NCBI GenBank assembly: GCA_028282585.1
Contig: JANQHR010000021.1
Span: 19,905 to 83,904, forward strand
From: Bacteroidales bacterium
GTDB taxonomy: Bacteria > Bacteroidota > Bacteroidia > Bacteroidales > UBA12077
DNA length: 64,000 bases
Direction of reading: 5' to 3'
The position numbers were made by a program, and so were the translations under genes. The notes beneath the pieces were generated by a model. It was not told the origin of the DNA. It did no database searches and saw only the letters and a list, made by a program, of their open reading frames with translations. Of the stretch, positions 1 through 10,054 are shown piece after piece. Position 1 is the first letter of the stretch; every line of letters begins with the position of its first letter.

Positions 1-884
1 ATAGGGGTATTGATTTTTATATCAGGTAAAGAAGAAAAGGTTAATTCAACAACTTGGCCTTTTTTGATTTTCCCCACAAATGCCTCAGAGACATCCGTTG
101 TAATTGTAAGTTTGCTTAAGTTTACAAATTCGATAACGGGAAATCCCGGGCTTGCAATTTCGCCTTCTTTAGGGAATATTTTGTCAACAATACCTGAAAA
201 AGGTGCAATAATTTGAGACATTTCCTTTTGGGCAATAAGGCCTTCTAATTGTGCTTCTAATCCTTCTTTTGTATTTTTTGATGTTAAATACTCGATTTCA
301 GAACCAATACCTTGTTCCCATAAATTATTTTGTTTTTCAAATGTTGTCGTGGCAAGCTCCAAACTACTTTTTGTACCTTTTATTTGCTTGTCAACAGCAT
401 CCGTATTAAGTGTTACCAATAAGTCTCCTTTCTTAACACGTTGGCCTTCTTTAACAAATATTTTTTCAATACGGCCATTCATTTCAGGGCTTATGTTTGC
501 ATAATTTTTAGCCTCTACTTCACCGTATGTGATTATGTAATGATTGAAAACTTCGGGTTGAATATCTTTAACAGCAACGGAAATTAAATTTTTTTCTTCC
601 CGTGCAGTCATTTGATTTTCAATCTTTTTAATCGCAGATTCTATTCCTACAATTCTATTTTTCTGTGCCGCAATTTGTTTAATAAGTTTTAAATCGTTTG
701 GATTAACGCTTGAATCTGCTTCTGCAATTTCAGCATCAATATTATTAAGTTGTTTTTCAATATCGAATTGTACTTTTTGTAAAGAGTCTCGTTTAGCATG
801 TAATTTAGCTAAATCTTTATTTCCTGTCTGTGGGCTGCAAGCCGCTAGCGCAGCAATAACTGCGAATACAATTAACTTTCTCAT
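1..884 (-). CDS. RND efflux periplasmic adaptor (MFP) lipoprotein; 3' end runs off the window
   Basis: Not in ORF track. Translated from ATG at 884: MRKLIVFAVIAALAAC (lipobox), coiled coil, then ISPEMNGRIEKIFVKEGQRVKKGDLL (biotinyl-lipoyl-like MFP motif); directly downstream of the TolC gene. Confidence 0.9.
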   Translation of the reverse strand, partial: MRKLIVFAVIAALAACSPQTGNKDLAKLHAKRDSLQKVQFDIEKQLNNIDAEIAEADSSVNPNDLKLIKQIAAQKNRIVGIESAIKKIENQMTAREEKNLISVAVKDIQPEVFNHYIITYGEVEAKNYANISPEMNGRIEKIFVKEGQRVKKGDLLVTLNTDAVDKQIKGTKSSLELATTTFEKQNNLWEQGIGSEIEYLTSKNTKEGLEAQLEGLIAQKEMSQIIAPFSGIVDKIFPKEGEIASPGFPVIEFVNLSKLTITTDVSEAFVGKIKKGQVVELTFSSLPDIKINTP

Positions 885-885
885 T

Positions 886-2235
886 TTATATTTCGTTTAA
901 TATTTTTTCTAATTCAATTTTAGCGTTTAATAAATTTACAACTGCTTGCGTATAATCATTTATAGTTGTTAAATAATCGGTGTTGGCTTGAGTTAGTTCA
1001 AAGCTTGAAGCCATTCCCTCTTTATGTTTTATACTTATTTCATCTAATACCTTCTTAGAAACTTCCATGTTTTCTCTTGAGTTAACCAATATTTCCTGGT
1101 TAGTAATAAAATCGCTTCTTGTCTGGATTAATGATGTATATAGGGAAGAACCAACAAACTCTTTTGTATTTGTCGATTTTTCAAGCTCTAACCTGGCTTG
1201 TTGGACTTTTGACCTTTTTTCTCCACTATTAAAAATCGGAATGGCGAGTTGGAATCCTAACATGGAGGATTCAAACCATGCCTCACTTCCATCAAATGGA
1301 TTAAATTCATCTCTATATGCATCTTCATTAAAATTATAGAATGCGGATAAAGTAGGTAAATACTCAGATTTATATCTTTTAAGATCTAATGCCATTAACT
1401 CTTCCTGAACTACTATTAATTGATAATCAGCGTGTTCTTCTAAAACAAATTCTTTTTTAAATAAGGCATCTACATCAATATCTAAAAGGATATCACTCAG
1501 GTTATCAGTTAGTTCAACTTTGGTTTCTTTATCTGCACCAATTTGCAAATTTAATAAAGCATACAAAAACTCGATTTGGCGTTCCATTTGCTTAACAGAA
1601 TTCTCCAATGAACCAAGCGTAACCTTTAATTTATCAGCTTCAATATTTTCTGTAAAACCAGCTTCAGCCATTGCTTTGGTTTGATTATATAAATCTTGTA
1701 AATATTCAAAATTACTTTGTAATGTAATTAATGTTTCCTCTGCCATTAAAATGGTATAGTAAGTTGAAGCAACATCAGCTTTTGTGTCAATTTCAGTTTT
1801 ATTTAAAGTTTTTTCCGATAAACTTCTATAGACTCTTGCCGCTTGTAAGCCAACAATATAAGAACCACTAAAAATAAGTTGAGATACGCTTAAAGTAGCA
1901 TTAAAAGTATGTTTAGTTCCAAATTGTACTTCAGCGAATTCACCAGGTTCGCCACCAAAAAATTCAGCGGGGATTAATTGGGTGGCTAAGCTTAAATTGT
2001 TAAAGTATGAACCGGATGCACTTATTTGAGGTAACCCAATTGTTGTTGTTTCCCAAACTTGCTTATCGGCAATAATAACATCAAGCTGAGCATTTTTTAC
2101 ATCTGTATTATTCTGAAGTGCATATTCCATTGCTTCATTTACCGATAAATTTAATGATTCGTTATTTTCTTGCCCTCTAATTATATACGGTAAAATGATT
2201 AATGTCAGAACTGTAATTGTTAGTTTATGTTTCAT
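886..2235 (-). CDS. TolC-family outer membrane efflux protein
   Basis: Signal peptide, LSVNEAMEYALQNN start, OEP repeats (LPQISASG, LPTLSAFY, LAIPIFNSG), MFP neighbour. Confidence 0.92.
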   Translation of the reverse strand: MKHKLTITVLTLIILPYIIRGQENNESLNLSVNEAMEYALQNNTDVKNAQLDVIIADKQVWETTTIGLPQISASGSYFNNLSLATQLIPAEFFGGEPGEFAEVQFGTKHTFNATLSVSQLIFSGSYIVGLQAARVYRSLSEKTLNKTEIDTKADVASTYYTILMAEETLITLQSNFEYLQDLYNQTKAMAEAGFTENIEADKLKVTLGSLENSVKQMERQIEFLYALLNLQIGADKETKVELTDNLSDILLDIDVDALFKKEFVLEEHADYQLIVVQEELMALDLKRYKSEYLPTLSAFYNFNEDAYRDEFNPFDGSEAWFESSMLGFQLAIPIFNSGEKRSKVQQARLELEKSTNTKEFVGSSLYTSLIQTRSDFITNQEILVNSRENMEVSKKVLDEISIKHKEGMASSFELTQANTDYLTTINDYTQAVVNLLNAKIELEKILNEI

Positions 2236-2256
2236 TTTCTAATTTGAGTTTATATG

Positions 2257-2886
2257 TTATTGTAAATAATCTTTAATATCTATTCTTTCCAATGTTTTGT
2301 CTAAAACTTCAATTCCTTTTTCATTTGCGATGCCTCTAATGTGGTAAATAAAAAGCTCCAGAATAAATTGTGGATTAAGCATTTCATCGGTACCGTAAAA
2401 GTCATCAGTGTTCATGCTTAAAAATCTATTAGTCTGAAACTTAGCAATTATATCTTCGTCCAAATCTTCACGGAATAATCCTTCAATTTTGCCTTTTTTA
2501 ATATTTGCTAAGGTTGATTTATACATTCTTTCTTTTCTTATATTTTGAAGGTTGTCATAAACTTTTGGATAATATTTTTTTAAATCATATTCCGTTGCTG
2601 GGTTAAAATCTCTAAGAGCCTTAATAATATAAATTCCAACTTCCAATAATTCTTCAATTGCATTTTGCTTTTTTGATAATATTTCCCTGAATTTTGTGTT
2701 TTTATGATCCAGAAAGTAATCAATAACTTTTGAAACTAAATCGTTTTTATTTTCTACATGCAGGTAAAGAGTTTTTTTAGACATACCTAACTCACGGGCA
2801 ACATCATCCATGGTAACACTCTTTATTCCATATTTATTATAAAGTTGACCTACTTTAATAAGGATATTTTCTAATTCTTTATTCAT
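2257..2886 (-). CDS. TetR/AcrR family transcriptional regulator
   Basis: HTH motif GIKSVTMDDVARELGMSKKTLYLHVENK. Confidence 0.95.
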   Translation of the reverse strand: MNKELENILIKVGQLYNKYGIKSVTMDDVARELGMSKKTLYLHVENKNDLVSKVIDYFLDHKNTKFREILSKKQNAIEELLEVGIYIIKALRDFNPATEYDLKKYYPKVYDNLQNIRKERMYKSTLANIKKGKIEGLFREDLDEDIIAKFQTNRFLSMNTDDFYGTDEMLNPQFILELFIYHIRGIANEKGIEVLDKTLERIDIKDYLQ

Positions 2887-2890
2887 GCCG

Positions 2891-2922
2891 CAAAATTAAA
2901 ACAAAAAAACCAAGGAAACAAA
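2891..2922 (-). promoter_or_regulatory. Bacteroidota sigma-A promoter of tetR-tolC-mfp
   Basis: Minus strand TTTG (2922-2919)-N20-TAATTTTG (2898-2891) matches the TTTG-N19-21-TAnnTTTG consensus. Confidence 0.7.
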
Positions 2923-2945
2923 AAACATAAAAAAAGTTTCCGATG
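2914..2945. promoter_or_regulatory. Putative TetR operator, copy 1 (GGAAAC-N16-GTTTCC)
   Basis: Palindrome overlapping the -33 element; near-identical second copy at 3036-3067. Confidence 0.6.
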
Positions 2946-3035
2946 TTTATCTGAAACAAATTTCTAATTAATAATGTTCACTTTGGTTAAGAATAGATTA
3001 ATTCTTAGTGTAAAAATTATAAACAAAGGAACTTC

Positions 3036-3067
3036 GGAAACAAAAATCATGCAAAAGTTTTCTGATG
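3036..3067. promoter_or_regulatory. Putative TetR operator, copy 2
   Basis: GGAAACAAAAATCATGCAAAAGTTTTCTGATG aligns without gaps to GGAAACAAAAAACATAAAAAAAGTTTCCGATG. Confidence 0.5.
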
Positions 3068-3182
3068 AATAAGCTTATTTTAGGAATGAATATGACAAAT
3101 TAGAGAATAAATAAATTCTTTGATTTATCTGAACAATCATAATCATTCTTTGTCTAAATCTTAAGAAAAATAAATAGACAAA

Positions 3183-3776
3183 ATGAATCAGTTAATTATT
3201 ATAGCACATCCTAAGAAAGATAGTTTTAGCCATAAAGTAAAGACAGAATTAGAGAAGGAATTTATGAACAATCAGAATGCTGTTAAGGTTAGGGATTTGT
3301 ATGATATAGATTTTAAACCTATTCTTACCGAAAGCGAACTTAAGTATAACAAAGAAGGTAATATTCGCACAGATGTAGTAGTTGAACAAAGTTATATTGA
3401 ATGGGCAGATAAATTAACTTTTATATATCCACTCTGGTGGAATGGTTTTCCAGCAATTTTAAAGGGTTATATTGATAGGGTATTTATTAATGGTTTTGCT
3501 TTTAAAATCAATGGAAATAGGCCCGAGGGATTGTTAAAAAATAAAAAGGTACGATTAATTACAACTGCTGGAATGAAAGAGGAATCATTAATGAAGTCTC
3601 GTGTTTTTGAGGGATTAAAAATTACACAAGAACATGGATTATTTCAATTTTGTGGAATGAAAGTAATTGATCATTTGTTTGTAACAAATAGTGCTTCGTT
3701 AACAAAAGAACAGAAGGAAGATGAAATGAAAAATTTAATAAAAAAAGTTTTAGTTAAAGAAAAAACAAGAATTTAG
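3183..3776 (+). CDS. NAD(P)H-dependent oxidoreductase, flavodoxin-like fold (MdaB/KefF type)
   Basis: IIAHP..SFS, VRDLY, YPLWWNGFPAILKGYIDRVF motifs. Confidence 0.9.
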   Translation: MNQLIIIAHPKKDSFSHKVKTELEKEFMNNQNAVKVRDLYDIDFKPILTESELKYNKEGNIRTDVVVEQSYIEWADKLTFIYPLWWNGFPAILKGYIDRVFINGFAFKINGNRPEGLLKNKKVRLITTAGMKEESLMKSRVFEGLKITQEHGLFQFCGMKVIDHLFVTNSASLTKEQKEDEMKNLIKKVLVKEKTRI

Positions 3777-5395
3777 AAACCAAAATTTGCACCAAAAGAA
3801 ATCGTGTTTTGTTTTCCATGAAACACTGAAGCAGTATACTTATCCAAATCTCCGGAAATATTACTATTTAGGTAATTAAAAAAAACATAGCCATCGTTTA
3901 CAATTTGATAACTAGCACGGAAAGCAATTGTCTTGTTTTCCCATTCGACTGAATCCATAAAAGGGTTTCCAAGGCGAGAACCACCTAAATCATCATAATC
4001 TTTTCCTTTTTGTGCATGTAAATAAGAGAGTTTTAACGATAGAGTTTTAAAAGGTTTAATTAAAACAGAAAAATATATTTCTTGAGAATTATCCATTAAA
4101 TAGTGACCTAAATTATATCCATTACTTTCAAAGGTTGTTGTAGGAATGTTATGTTTGTAAGTTAATGGCATGGACTTAGTATATTCGGTAGTAATAAAAG
4201 TGTTTGGGATTAGCCCGGAAATTTTCATACTTGCCTTTATACTCCAGAAATTCCAGACAGTATCTTCAAAAAACCTACTTGTAGATAGCTCATCTATAAA
4301 TAAGGTTGCTGATAAATGAACTTTTTTAATATTTCTTGAACTAATATCAAAAAACATTTGTGAATTCTGACCAACATTTCTTCCTGCATTGTCTGTTGCA
4401 TTGTAAGTGTGGTCAACTGATTTATAAAACATCACTGGAATTAAGTATTGCAATTGTGGTCCATCACTGCTATAAATAATTGAATTACCAGCTGAAATGT
4501 AAAGGTTTTTGAATGGCTTAAACGTAAATAAATTAGCAGCCAAATATTTATCAAACATTTGATCACGCTGATCGGTGCCATAAGCATTCGTAAATACCAT
4601 TGTTGATGCACTATCTATAACTTCAGAAACCAACCAACCATGAACCCAATTGAATTCAAACCAACTAACCGGCTTTAGGTTCAACGTAATATGTGCAAAC
4701 GATGGAGCCCGCCCCGAAAATATATTAGCTCCATTATAATTATTTCCCCATTCGAAATGATCTTTTATTATTCCAAAACTACCCCAATTCCAAGCGTACG
4801 TAAGGCCGCCACGCATTTCGCTATAGTCTCCGCCACCCTCATTGTCTTTATAATTAGCGCCTATTCTTTGCGTAATATAGTCCTCACGGGATAAAATATC
4901 GCTTTCGTGATTATCCCTTAAGCTAGCATAAAAACCCCAATGATTACCTACATAGGAAAATGCTTCCAAGCCATTCCAACGATGATAGAAGTTCATGCTG
5001 TCATTTATAAAATACTCTGTACCTAAAATGGGATTTACAGAAAACGTAAATAAGGTGTCCTTATAAAATAAAATGTCAAAACGTTTATCAAACGTTTTAT
5101 CCTTTCTTTTATAGGATGTATAAAGTTCTTTATTAAAATCTTTTAAATAAAAGTTCAGTTCATCTGATTGGCGTTTATTAAGAGAATGTTCTGTTGCTTT
5201 AACTTCCTTAAGTTTGTTAGCTATAAAATTTCTAGAATAAGGTTTAACAGCTGTGTTAAGTTCAATGATTCCAAGGTTTGCAAATTCATCTAATAACTCA
5301 TATACCGTTTGATTTGATGTATGATAATATACCTCTTGAGCAATAATTAAACTATGAATAATTAATAAAGCGAGTACTAAACAATACTTTTTCAT
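3773..5395 (-). CDS. wzi: Capsule assembly Wzi-family outer membrane protein
   Basis: Signal peptide, aromatic-rich barrel-like sequence ending in Phe, WGNNYNG and NSQMFFD motifs, last gene of the capsule locus. Confidence 0.7.
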   Translation of the reverse strand: MKKYCLVLALLIIHSLIIAQEVYYHTSNQTVYELLDEFANLGIIELNTAVKPYSRNFIANKLKEVKATEHSLNKRQSDELNFYLKDFNKELYTSYKRKDKTFDKRFDILFYKDTLFTFSVNPILGTEYFINDSMNFYHRWNGLEAFSYVGNHWGFYASLRDNHESDILSREDYITQRIGANYKDNEGGGDYSEMRGGLTYAWNWGSFGIIKDHFEWGNNYNGANIFSGRAPSFAHITLNLKPVSWFEFNWVHGWLVSEVIDSASTMVFTNAYGTDQRDQMFDKYLAANLFTFKPFKNLYISAGNSIIYSSDGPQLQYLIPVMFYKSVDHTYNATDNAGRNVGQNSQMFFDISSRNIKKVHLSATLFIDELSTSRFFEDTVWNFWSIKASMKISGLIPNTFITTEYTKSMPLTYKHNIPTTTFESNGYNLGHYLMDNSQEIYFSVLIKPFKTLSLKLSYLHAQKGKDYDDLGGSRLGNPFMDSVEWENKTIAFRASYQIVNDGYVFFNYLNSNISGDLDKYTASVFHGKQNTISFGANFGF

Positions 5396-5405
5396 TGTAT
5401 ATCGG

Positions 5406-6944
5406 TTAACTGCTTCTGGCTTTTTTAAAAATGATATTCCAACCTGCTTTCCAAAAATATTTCCAGTCGGTAATAAAAGGGCGTTTTAAGTAGGCATCCA
5501 GGTACTTGTGCTCCGATGCTTGTATTTCTTCCAGTGTTTTCGGCAAATCAACATAAAATGGTGGAATAAGCCCAGGTTTTGTTTTAATTCTTTTTTCTTG
5601 TAAGTCTTTAGTATACAAACTAAAATAGTGTTCACTTAACGGGCGGACTCCCACAATTTTTAAATCTCCCTTCAATAAGTTTATTAACATTGGTAATTCA
5701 TCAATCCAAAATTTTCTAAATACTTTACCTGCAGTTGTAATTCTAAAATCATCCTTAAATTTACCACCTTCTTCTAAATTGGACTTATCATAGATGTATT
5801 CTTGCAAATACTCTGCATAAGGATGCATTGTTCGTAATTTGTAGACATTAATAATTTTCCCATTTTTACCAACACGGTGTAATTTTACAAATGGTCCATA
5901 GGTTGGTTCCATATCATAAAAAGGATCTTGACTCTTTCTTGCTACAAAATATAACCAACCATGTATCTCGCTTTCATTTATTATTTTAAAACCACAAGAG
6001 TATAACCTACCAAAAGTTTCCGCTTTTGAGACAACACGATTCTCTCCTCTAGTTAAAAAGAAATAAATCCGTTTCGTTAAATTAAATTTTGGGAAAACTC
6101 TTTTTAGAATAAAATCAAAGAAATAATAAAATCTGTTTAAAATTGGAGGAAATTTTCTTAGTATTCGTTTTTTACGTTGATCTTTAGTTTCTACACACCC
6201 TATAAAAAAACCTCCATCAACTAATTTTCTATTTACGGATTCAAAGAACTTATTGATGAAACGAATATCATTAATACGCTTAAGATTAACTATTTTAAGG
6301 TATATCTTTTCGGGTAACTTGTCTACATTAAATCTTGTTGTTGTTGATAATAAGGAATAATTTGGGATATTTAAATCGATATTTTCTGAAAGAAACTCAA
6401 AAGTTTTTTCGCTAGATTCCTCAATAATAGTGTCCTTTATGTTTTCCGGAACAGGGTCTAATGTATATTCTACCGGATATACCTCAGCTTCAGGAATAAT
6501 ATTTAAATGCCCTACAATTTTTTGATACCTCTCAAATACAACGGAAGTGTCTGTACCCTTTTTTGCTTGTTTAATGAAATACTCACTGATTGCAAAGACT
6601 ATTTCAAAAATGGTAGTAAATCCAATTGTACCAAAAACTACTAAGCGTGAATATTCCAGGGTACGCAGTAAATACATCAGAATTGCAAGAATACCTGCAA
6701 TTAACAGGTTAACTAATATTTGGTATAAAACAGAGTTGGAGAGGCTTGTTCTTTTAGGTGTAGTGTACTTTTGTGATATAATTGAAATAAATAACCAAAT
6801 AAAGGTAAATACAATTAATCCGATGGCATATTTAGTAAAATAAGGTTCAGCTTCGCCGGGCTTTATCCATAGAATCAATATAAACGCTAGCAAGATGGCA
6901 AGGATATCAAATAAAATATGAATGAAGAGAGAGCGTTTGGTCAT
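5406..6944 (-). CDS. Initiating sugar (phosphoglycosyl) transferase
   Basis: 4 N-terminal TMs; C-terminal RVGKNGK..YKLRTM, DFRITTAGKVFRKFWIDELPML, IVGVRP, KPGL motifs. Confidence 0.88.
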   Translation of the reverse strand: MTKRSLFIHILFDILAILLAFILILWIKPGEAEPYFTKYAIGLIVFTFIWLFISIISQKYTTPKRTSLSNSVLYQILVNLLIAGILAILMYLLRTLEYSRLVVFGTIGFTTIFEIVFAISEYFIKQAKKGTDTSVVFERYQKIVGHLNIIPEAEVYPVEYTLDPVPENIKDTIIEESSEKTFEFLSENIDLNIPNYSLLSTTTRFNVDKLPEKIYLKIVNLKRINDIRFINKFFESVNRKLVDGGFFIGCVETKDQRKKRILRKFPPILNRFYYFFDFILKRVFPKFNLTKRIYFFLTRGENRVVSKAETFGRLYSCGFKIINESEIHGWLYFVARKSQDPFYDMEPTYGPFVKLHRVGKNGKIINVYKLRTMHPYAEYLQEYIYDKSNLEEGGKFKDDFRITTAGKVFRKFWIDELPMLINLLKGDLKIVGVRPLSEHYFSLYTKDLQEKRIKTKPGLIPPFYVDLPKTLEEIQASEHKYLDAYLKRPFITDWKYFWKAGWNIIFKKARSS

Positions 6945-7125
6945 TGGATTGTTTAACTAATTAACTGTTTTGATTGTAAACTTAAAAATATATGAAATAA
7001 CATATTTACAATATTGTCGGTTATGTAAAGTTAGATTTTTCATAATAAAAGGAAAAAAGAATAGGCATTTAATATTTACAAATAGGGCAATACGTGTTAA
7101 AATTTTTGCTATTTGAAGTTAAATA

Positions 7126-7941
7126 TCAGGATCTTATAATATTCAAAAAGTACTTTGCTAAATTTTTCGTGTTTTGCCAGATTAGTTCCAGTATCCAGGG
7201 AAATAGCCTATCTGTCCAACGTTGCGGGTGAAAAGTAAACATGATTTGATTAGGTAGGTTTTTACTTTCTGCTGTAGAAATGATATCGTGGGTTTTCTTA
7301 AAACTTTGTATGTATCTGGTGTTTGCTTCTTTCGTTATAGGGGCACTCAGGTTAAATACTTTGTCTCTTATACTTACTTTTTCGCCGTTCCACCTACGCC
7401 CTGTATCGGTCAAGTACAAAACTTTGGAAAAATCAATATCGAAGTAAGGTTCTCCTATAATGCCATAATCTTTATAATTGTAATATTTCCATAGAAGTTT
7501 ATTATCATATCTTGAAAGAGGGCTACCGTGCATACAAATCGTTTTAACAGGGAAAAATTTTCTTAATTCATTGAGGTTTTTATCAAATAGCTTTATCGCT
7601 TCTTTCGCAACCTCTTTTTCTGTTAATTTTGGATTTTTTTCTACCAGGCTAACATCTTCATAATGATAACCAATTTCATGGCCTAATTCTACTATTTTTT
7701 CAATTACCACAGGGTTAAAGCTCTCTGAAACGATTCTGAAATAATAACTTCCTTTTATTCCCAATTCATTTTGTATTTCGGCAAATTGCAAAGAATTAAA
7801 TGGTAGTTTATCTACGTCATGGCGAAGAATGATTGTTCTGTCTTTGGGACTGTTAATGTACTCCTGAAAAGTTTGAAAAGAATAGTTTAGGTTTTGAAGT
7901 TTATATAGTAGGGCTTTATACGTTTTTAGGGTGAAATCCAT
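7126..7941 (-). CDS. Polysaccharide deacetylase-like protein
   Basis: ILRHDVD, GHEIGYHYE, HGSP, FHPQRW NodB-like motifs. Confidence 0.7.
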   Translation of the reverse strand: MDFTLKTYKALLYKLQNLNYSFQTFQEYINSPKDRTIILRHDVDKLPFNSLQFAEIQNELGIKGSYYFRIVSESFNPVVIEKIVELGHEIGYHYEDVSLVEKNPKLTEKEVAKEAIKLFDKNLNELRKFFPVKTICMHGSPLSRYDNKLLWKYYNYKDYGIIGEPYFDIDFSKVLYLTDTGRRWNGEKVSIRDKVFNLSAPITKEANTRYIQSFKKTHDIISTAESKNLPNQIMFTFHPQRWTDRLFPWILELIWQNTKNLAKYFLNIIRS

Positions 7942-8000
7942 AAAGTTTGAATTAATTTTATCTAATTATTCTAAGTTAAAAATTTAAATTTAAAATTTTC

Positions 8001-9059
8001 TCACTTTCTTTTTATGCATTTAAGATATTGGAGAATAAACTTTGTCCAATATTCTGTAACATTATTGGTATCTTCTAACATTTTATCTCTTTTTTTGTTC
8101 CAAATTTCTGATAAATTTTCACATGCTAACAATTCTTTTAACTTTAATAAAAAATTGTCAAAATCTTCTGGCAAATAGGAATAGCACAATTCATATTTTT
8201 CTTCAATCTCATTTGGAACAGATAATTTTCCTGCAAAAGAATTACATTTAACTGCAGGAATGCCCAAAATAGCAGATTCAGATATCATAGTTTGACTATC
8301 TCCAACAAAAATTGTAGCATAACACATAAGCGAATGTATTTTTTCGGGTTGGATTTTTATCTGATATTTGGCTAATACCGGTTCGATTCTTCTTTCTGTC
8401 GTTATAAAAATTTTTCCATATGGTTTTAAAAGTTCAACAATTTTAAGTTTCTGACCTAAACTTATTCCTTTTATTCCCAAGTCGTGATGAGCTTTGAAAA
8501 CATTAAACCTCATTATGAAAAACTTTTCTCCAAGTTTTAATCCAACATCTTCTAAAACGCTTGGATCTGGATCAAAAACAGAAGGGTGCAAATACGCAAG
8601 TTCATGGTATCCATTGTAAAATACTGTATCTTTTCTTTTGCGTTTTCCTTTAATTGCTTCAGGTGAAATTAATACATCTGCAAAGGGATGTACAAATTTT
8701 GTAACGAATGGTTGAATATGATCATCATCATCGTCAAACATAATTGATTTAACTTTTGTAAATCTGGATATATGAACAATTGATACAGATGTGCCAAGAG
8801 CTAAATCAATTTTCTCTCTTTTACATATTCTCCATATTGATATATTATATATAATTTGGTTGAATATTTTGAAAATTAATGAATCTGATTTTGCTGAAAG
8901 CACATAATAATTATAACCAAAAAAATCTAATAAATGCCTCGCAACTGGCATATCTTTCACGCTCCAAATTACCTTATGCCCCTTTTCTTCAAGGTTCTTA
9001 GCAAGGTTTCTAAAATTATGTACATGGGCCGGATGGCCAATATCTATTAAAATATTCAT
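8001..9059 (-). CDS. DUF354-family protein (GT-B-like)
   Basis: DIGHPAHVH N-terminus, YNGYHELAYLHP, GDSQTMISESAILGIP. Confidence 0.8.
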   Translation of the reverse strand: MNILIDIGHPAHVHNFRNLAKNLEEKGHKVIWSVKDMPVARHLLDFFGYNYYVLSAKSDSLIFKIFNQIIYNISIWRICKREKIDLALGTSVSIVHISRFTKVKSIMFDDDDDHIQPFVTKFVHPFADVLISPEAIKGKRKRKDTVFYNGYHELAYLHPSVFDPDPSVLEDVGLKLGEKFFIMRFNVFKAHHDLGIKGISLGQKLKIVELLKPYGKIFITTERRIEPVLAKYQIKIQPEKIHSLMCYATIFVGDSQTMISESAILGIPAVKCNSFAGKLSVPNEIEEKYELCYSYLPEDFDNFLLKLKELLACENLSEIWNKKRDKMLEDTNNVTEYWTKFILQYLKCIKRK

Positions 9060-10054
9060 TTAAATCTTGCCAAAATTTTCAATCCTACTTTTCCAAACTT
9101 AAAAAGTAGAGGTTTTAATACTTTTATATACCTTCCATATTCAACTAATTCACCACCAAAAGCTTTTTTATAAGAACGCACACCGTATTCTTCTTCCTTA
9201 AGCCCAGCTCCCATGAAATCAAATATTGGTATTTTTTTTTTAATAGCATATTCTATTGCTGCAAGTACTGCCAGGTGTGTTGGGAAAATACTTTTATGAT
9301 AATTTCTTAAACCACAATAATAAAACGTGTATATTCCTTTGTTTTTTAAAACCGGGCAAAATGACCCACCAATTACTTTTTGATTATGTTCAACTAAAAA
9401 TACTTTAATTATCCCATTTACGATTTGCTTTTCGAAAAACCTAAATGGCGGAATAGGTAATTTCACTCGATTTTTGTATAAATCTTCAAGAATTGTGTAA
9501 ATACTTTTAGCTTTATTCAAATTATTAGTTTTAGCGTAAAATGCATTTTGAGATATAGATTGTTTTATTTCTCGACGTCGGTTATATTTGAACTTTTTAA
9601 GTAAACTTTCTGCGGTTTCTCCTTGAAGGTATAAATGAAAATTCACATAGGGTAAATAATTCCATTTTTGTCCAATAAAAGTTTCTTTATGATTAGAGTA
9701 ATCAAAGAAATTCCTCGATTCAACGTAAATTATTTTATTGGATAACATTTTATTTACTGATTTCAAAAAATATTCAATTTCATCGCTTGTTTCATTATTA
9801 GTAACTGGACCTCCATAGATTATACCTCTTCTCGAAAAAAAAGATTGCAATCCAGGCTCTTTGTAAATAGTTACAACAGCTAGAACTTTTATTTCATTTT
9901 GATCAACTAATGCAAAAGAATAAGCATAATATCCTTCAATTTCGTTGATAGTATTATAATATTCTGGAGTTTGGAATGGAGAACTTTGTTTAGATTTAAT
10001 CAACAATTCATACCATTCATGAATATTTATTTCTTCATTAACAAGAACTTTCAT
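9056..10054 (-). CDS. FemAB-like/GNAT aminoacyl transferase
   Basis: PFQTPEY, IYGGP, RRREIKQS, FDFMGAG, YGVRSYKKAFGG motifs. Confidence 0.8.
   Translation of the reverse strand: MKVLVNEEINIHEWYELLIKSKQSSPFQTPEYYNTINEIEGYYAYSFALVDQNEIKVLAVVTIYKEPGLQSFFSRRGIIYGGPVTNNETSDEIEYFLKSVNKMLSNKIIYVESRNFFDYSNHKETFIGQKWNYLPYVNFHLYLQGETAESLLKKFKYNRRREIKQSISQNAFYAKTNNLNKAKSIYTILEDLYKNRVKLPIPPFRFFEKQIVNGIIKVFLVEHNQKVIGGSFCPVLKNKGIYTFYYCGLRNYHKSIFPTHLAVLAAIEYAIKKKIPIFDFMGAGLKEEEYGVRSYKKAFGGELVEYGRYIKVLKPLLFKFGKVGLKILARFK

Noticed and set aside
6945-6980. Rough 8-nt periodicity upstream of the sugar transferase
   Set aside because: Too degenerate to distinguish from AT-rich background.
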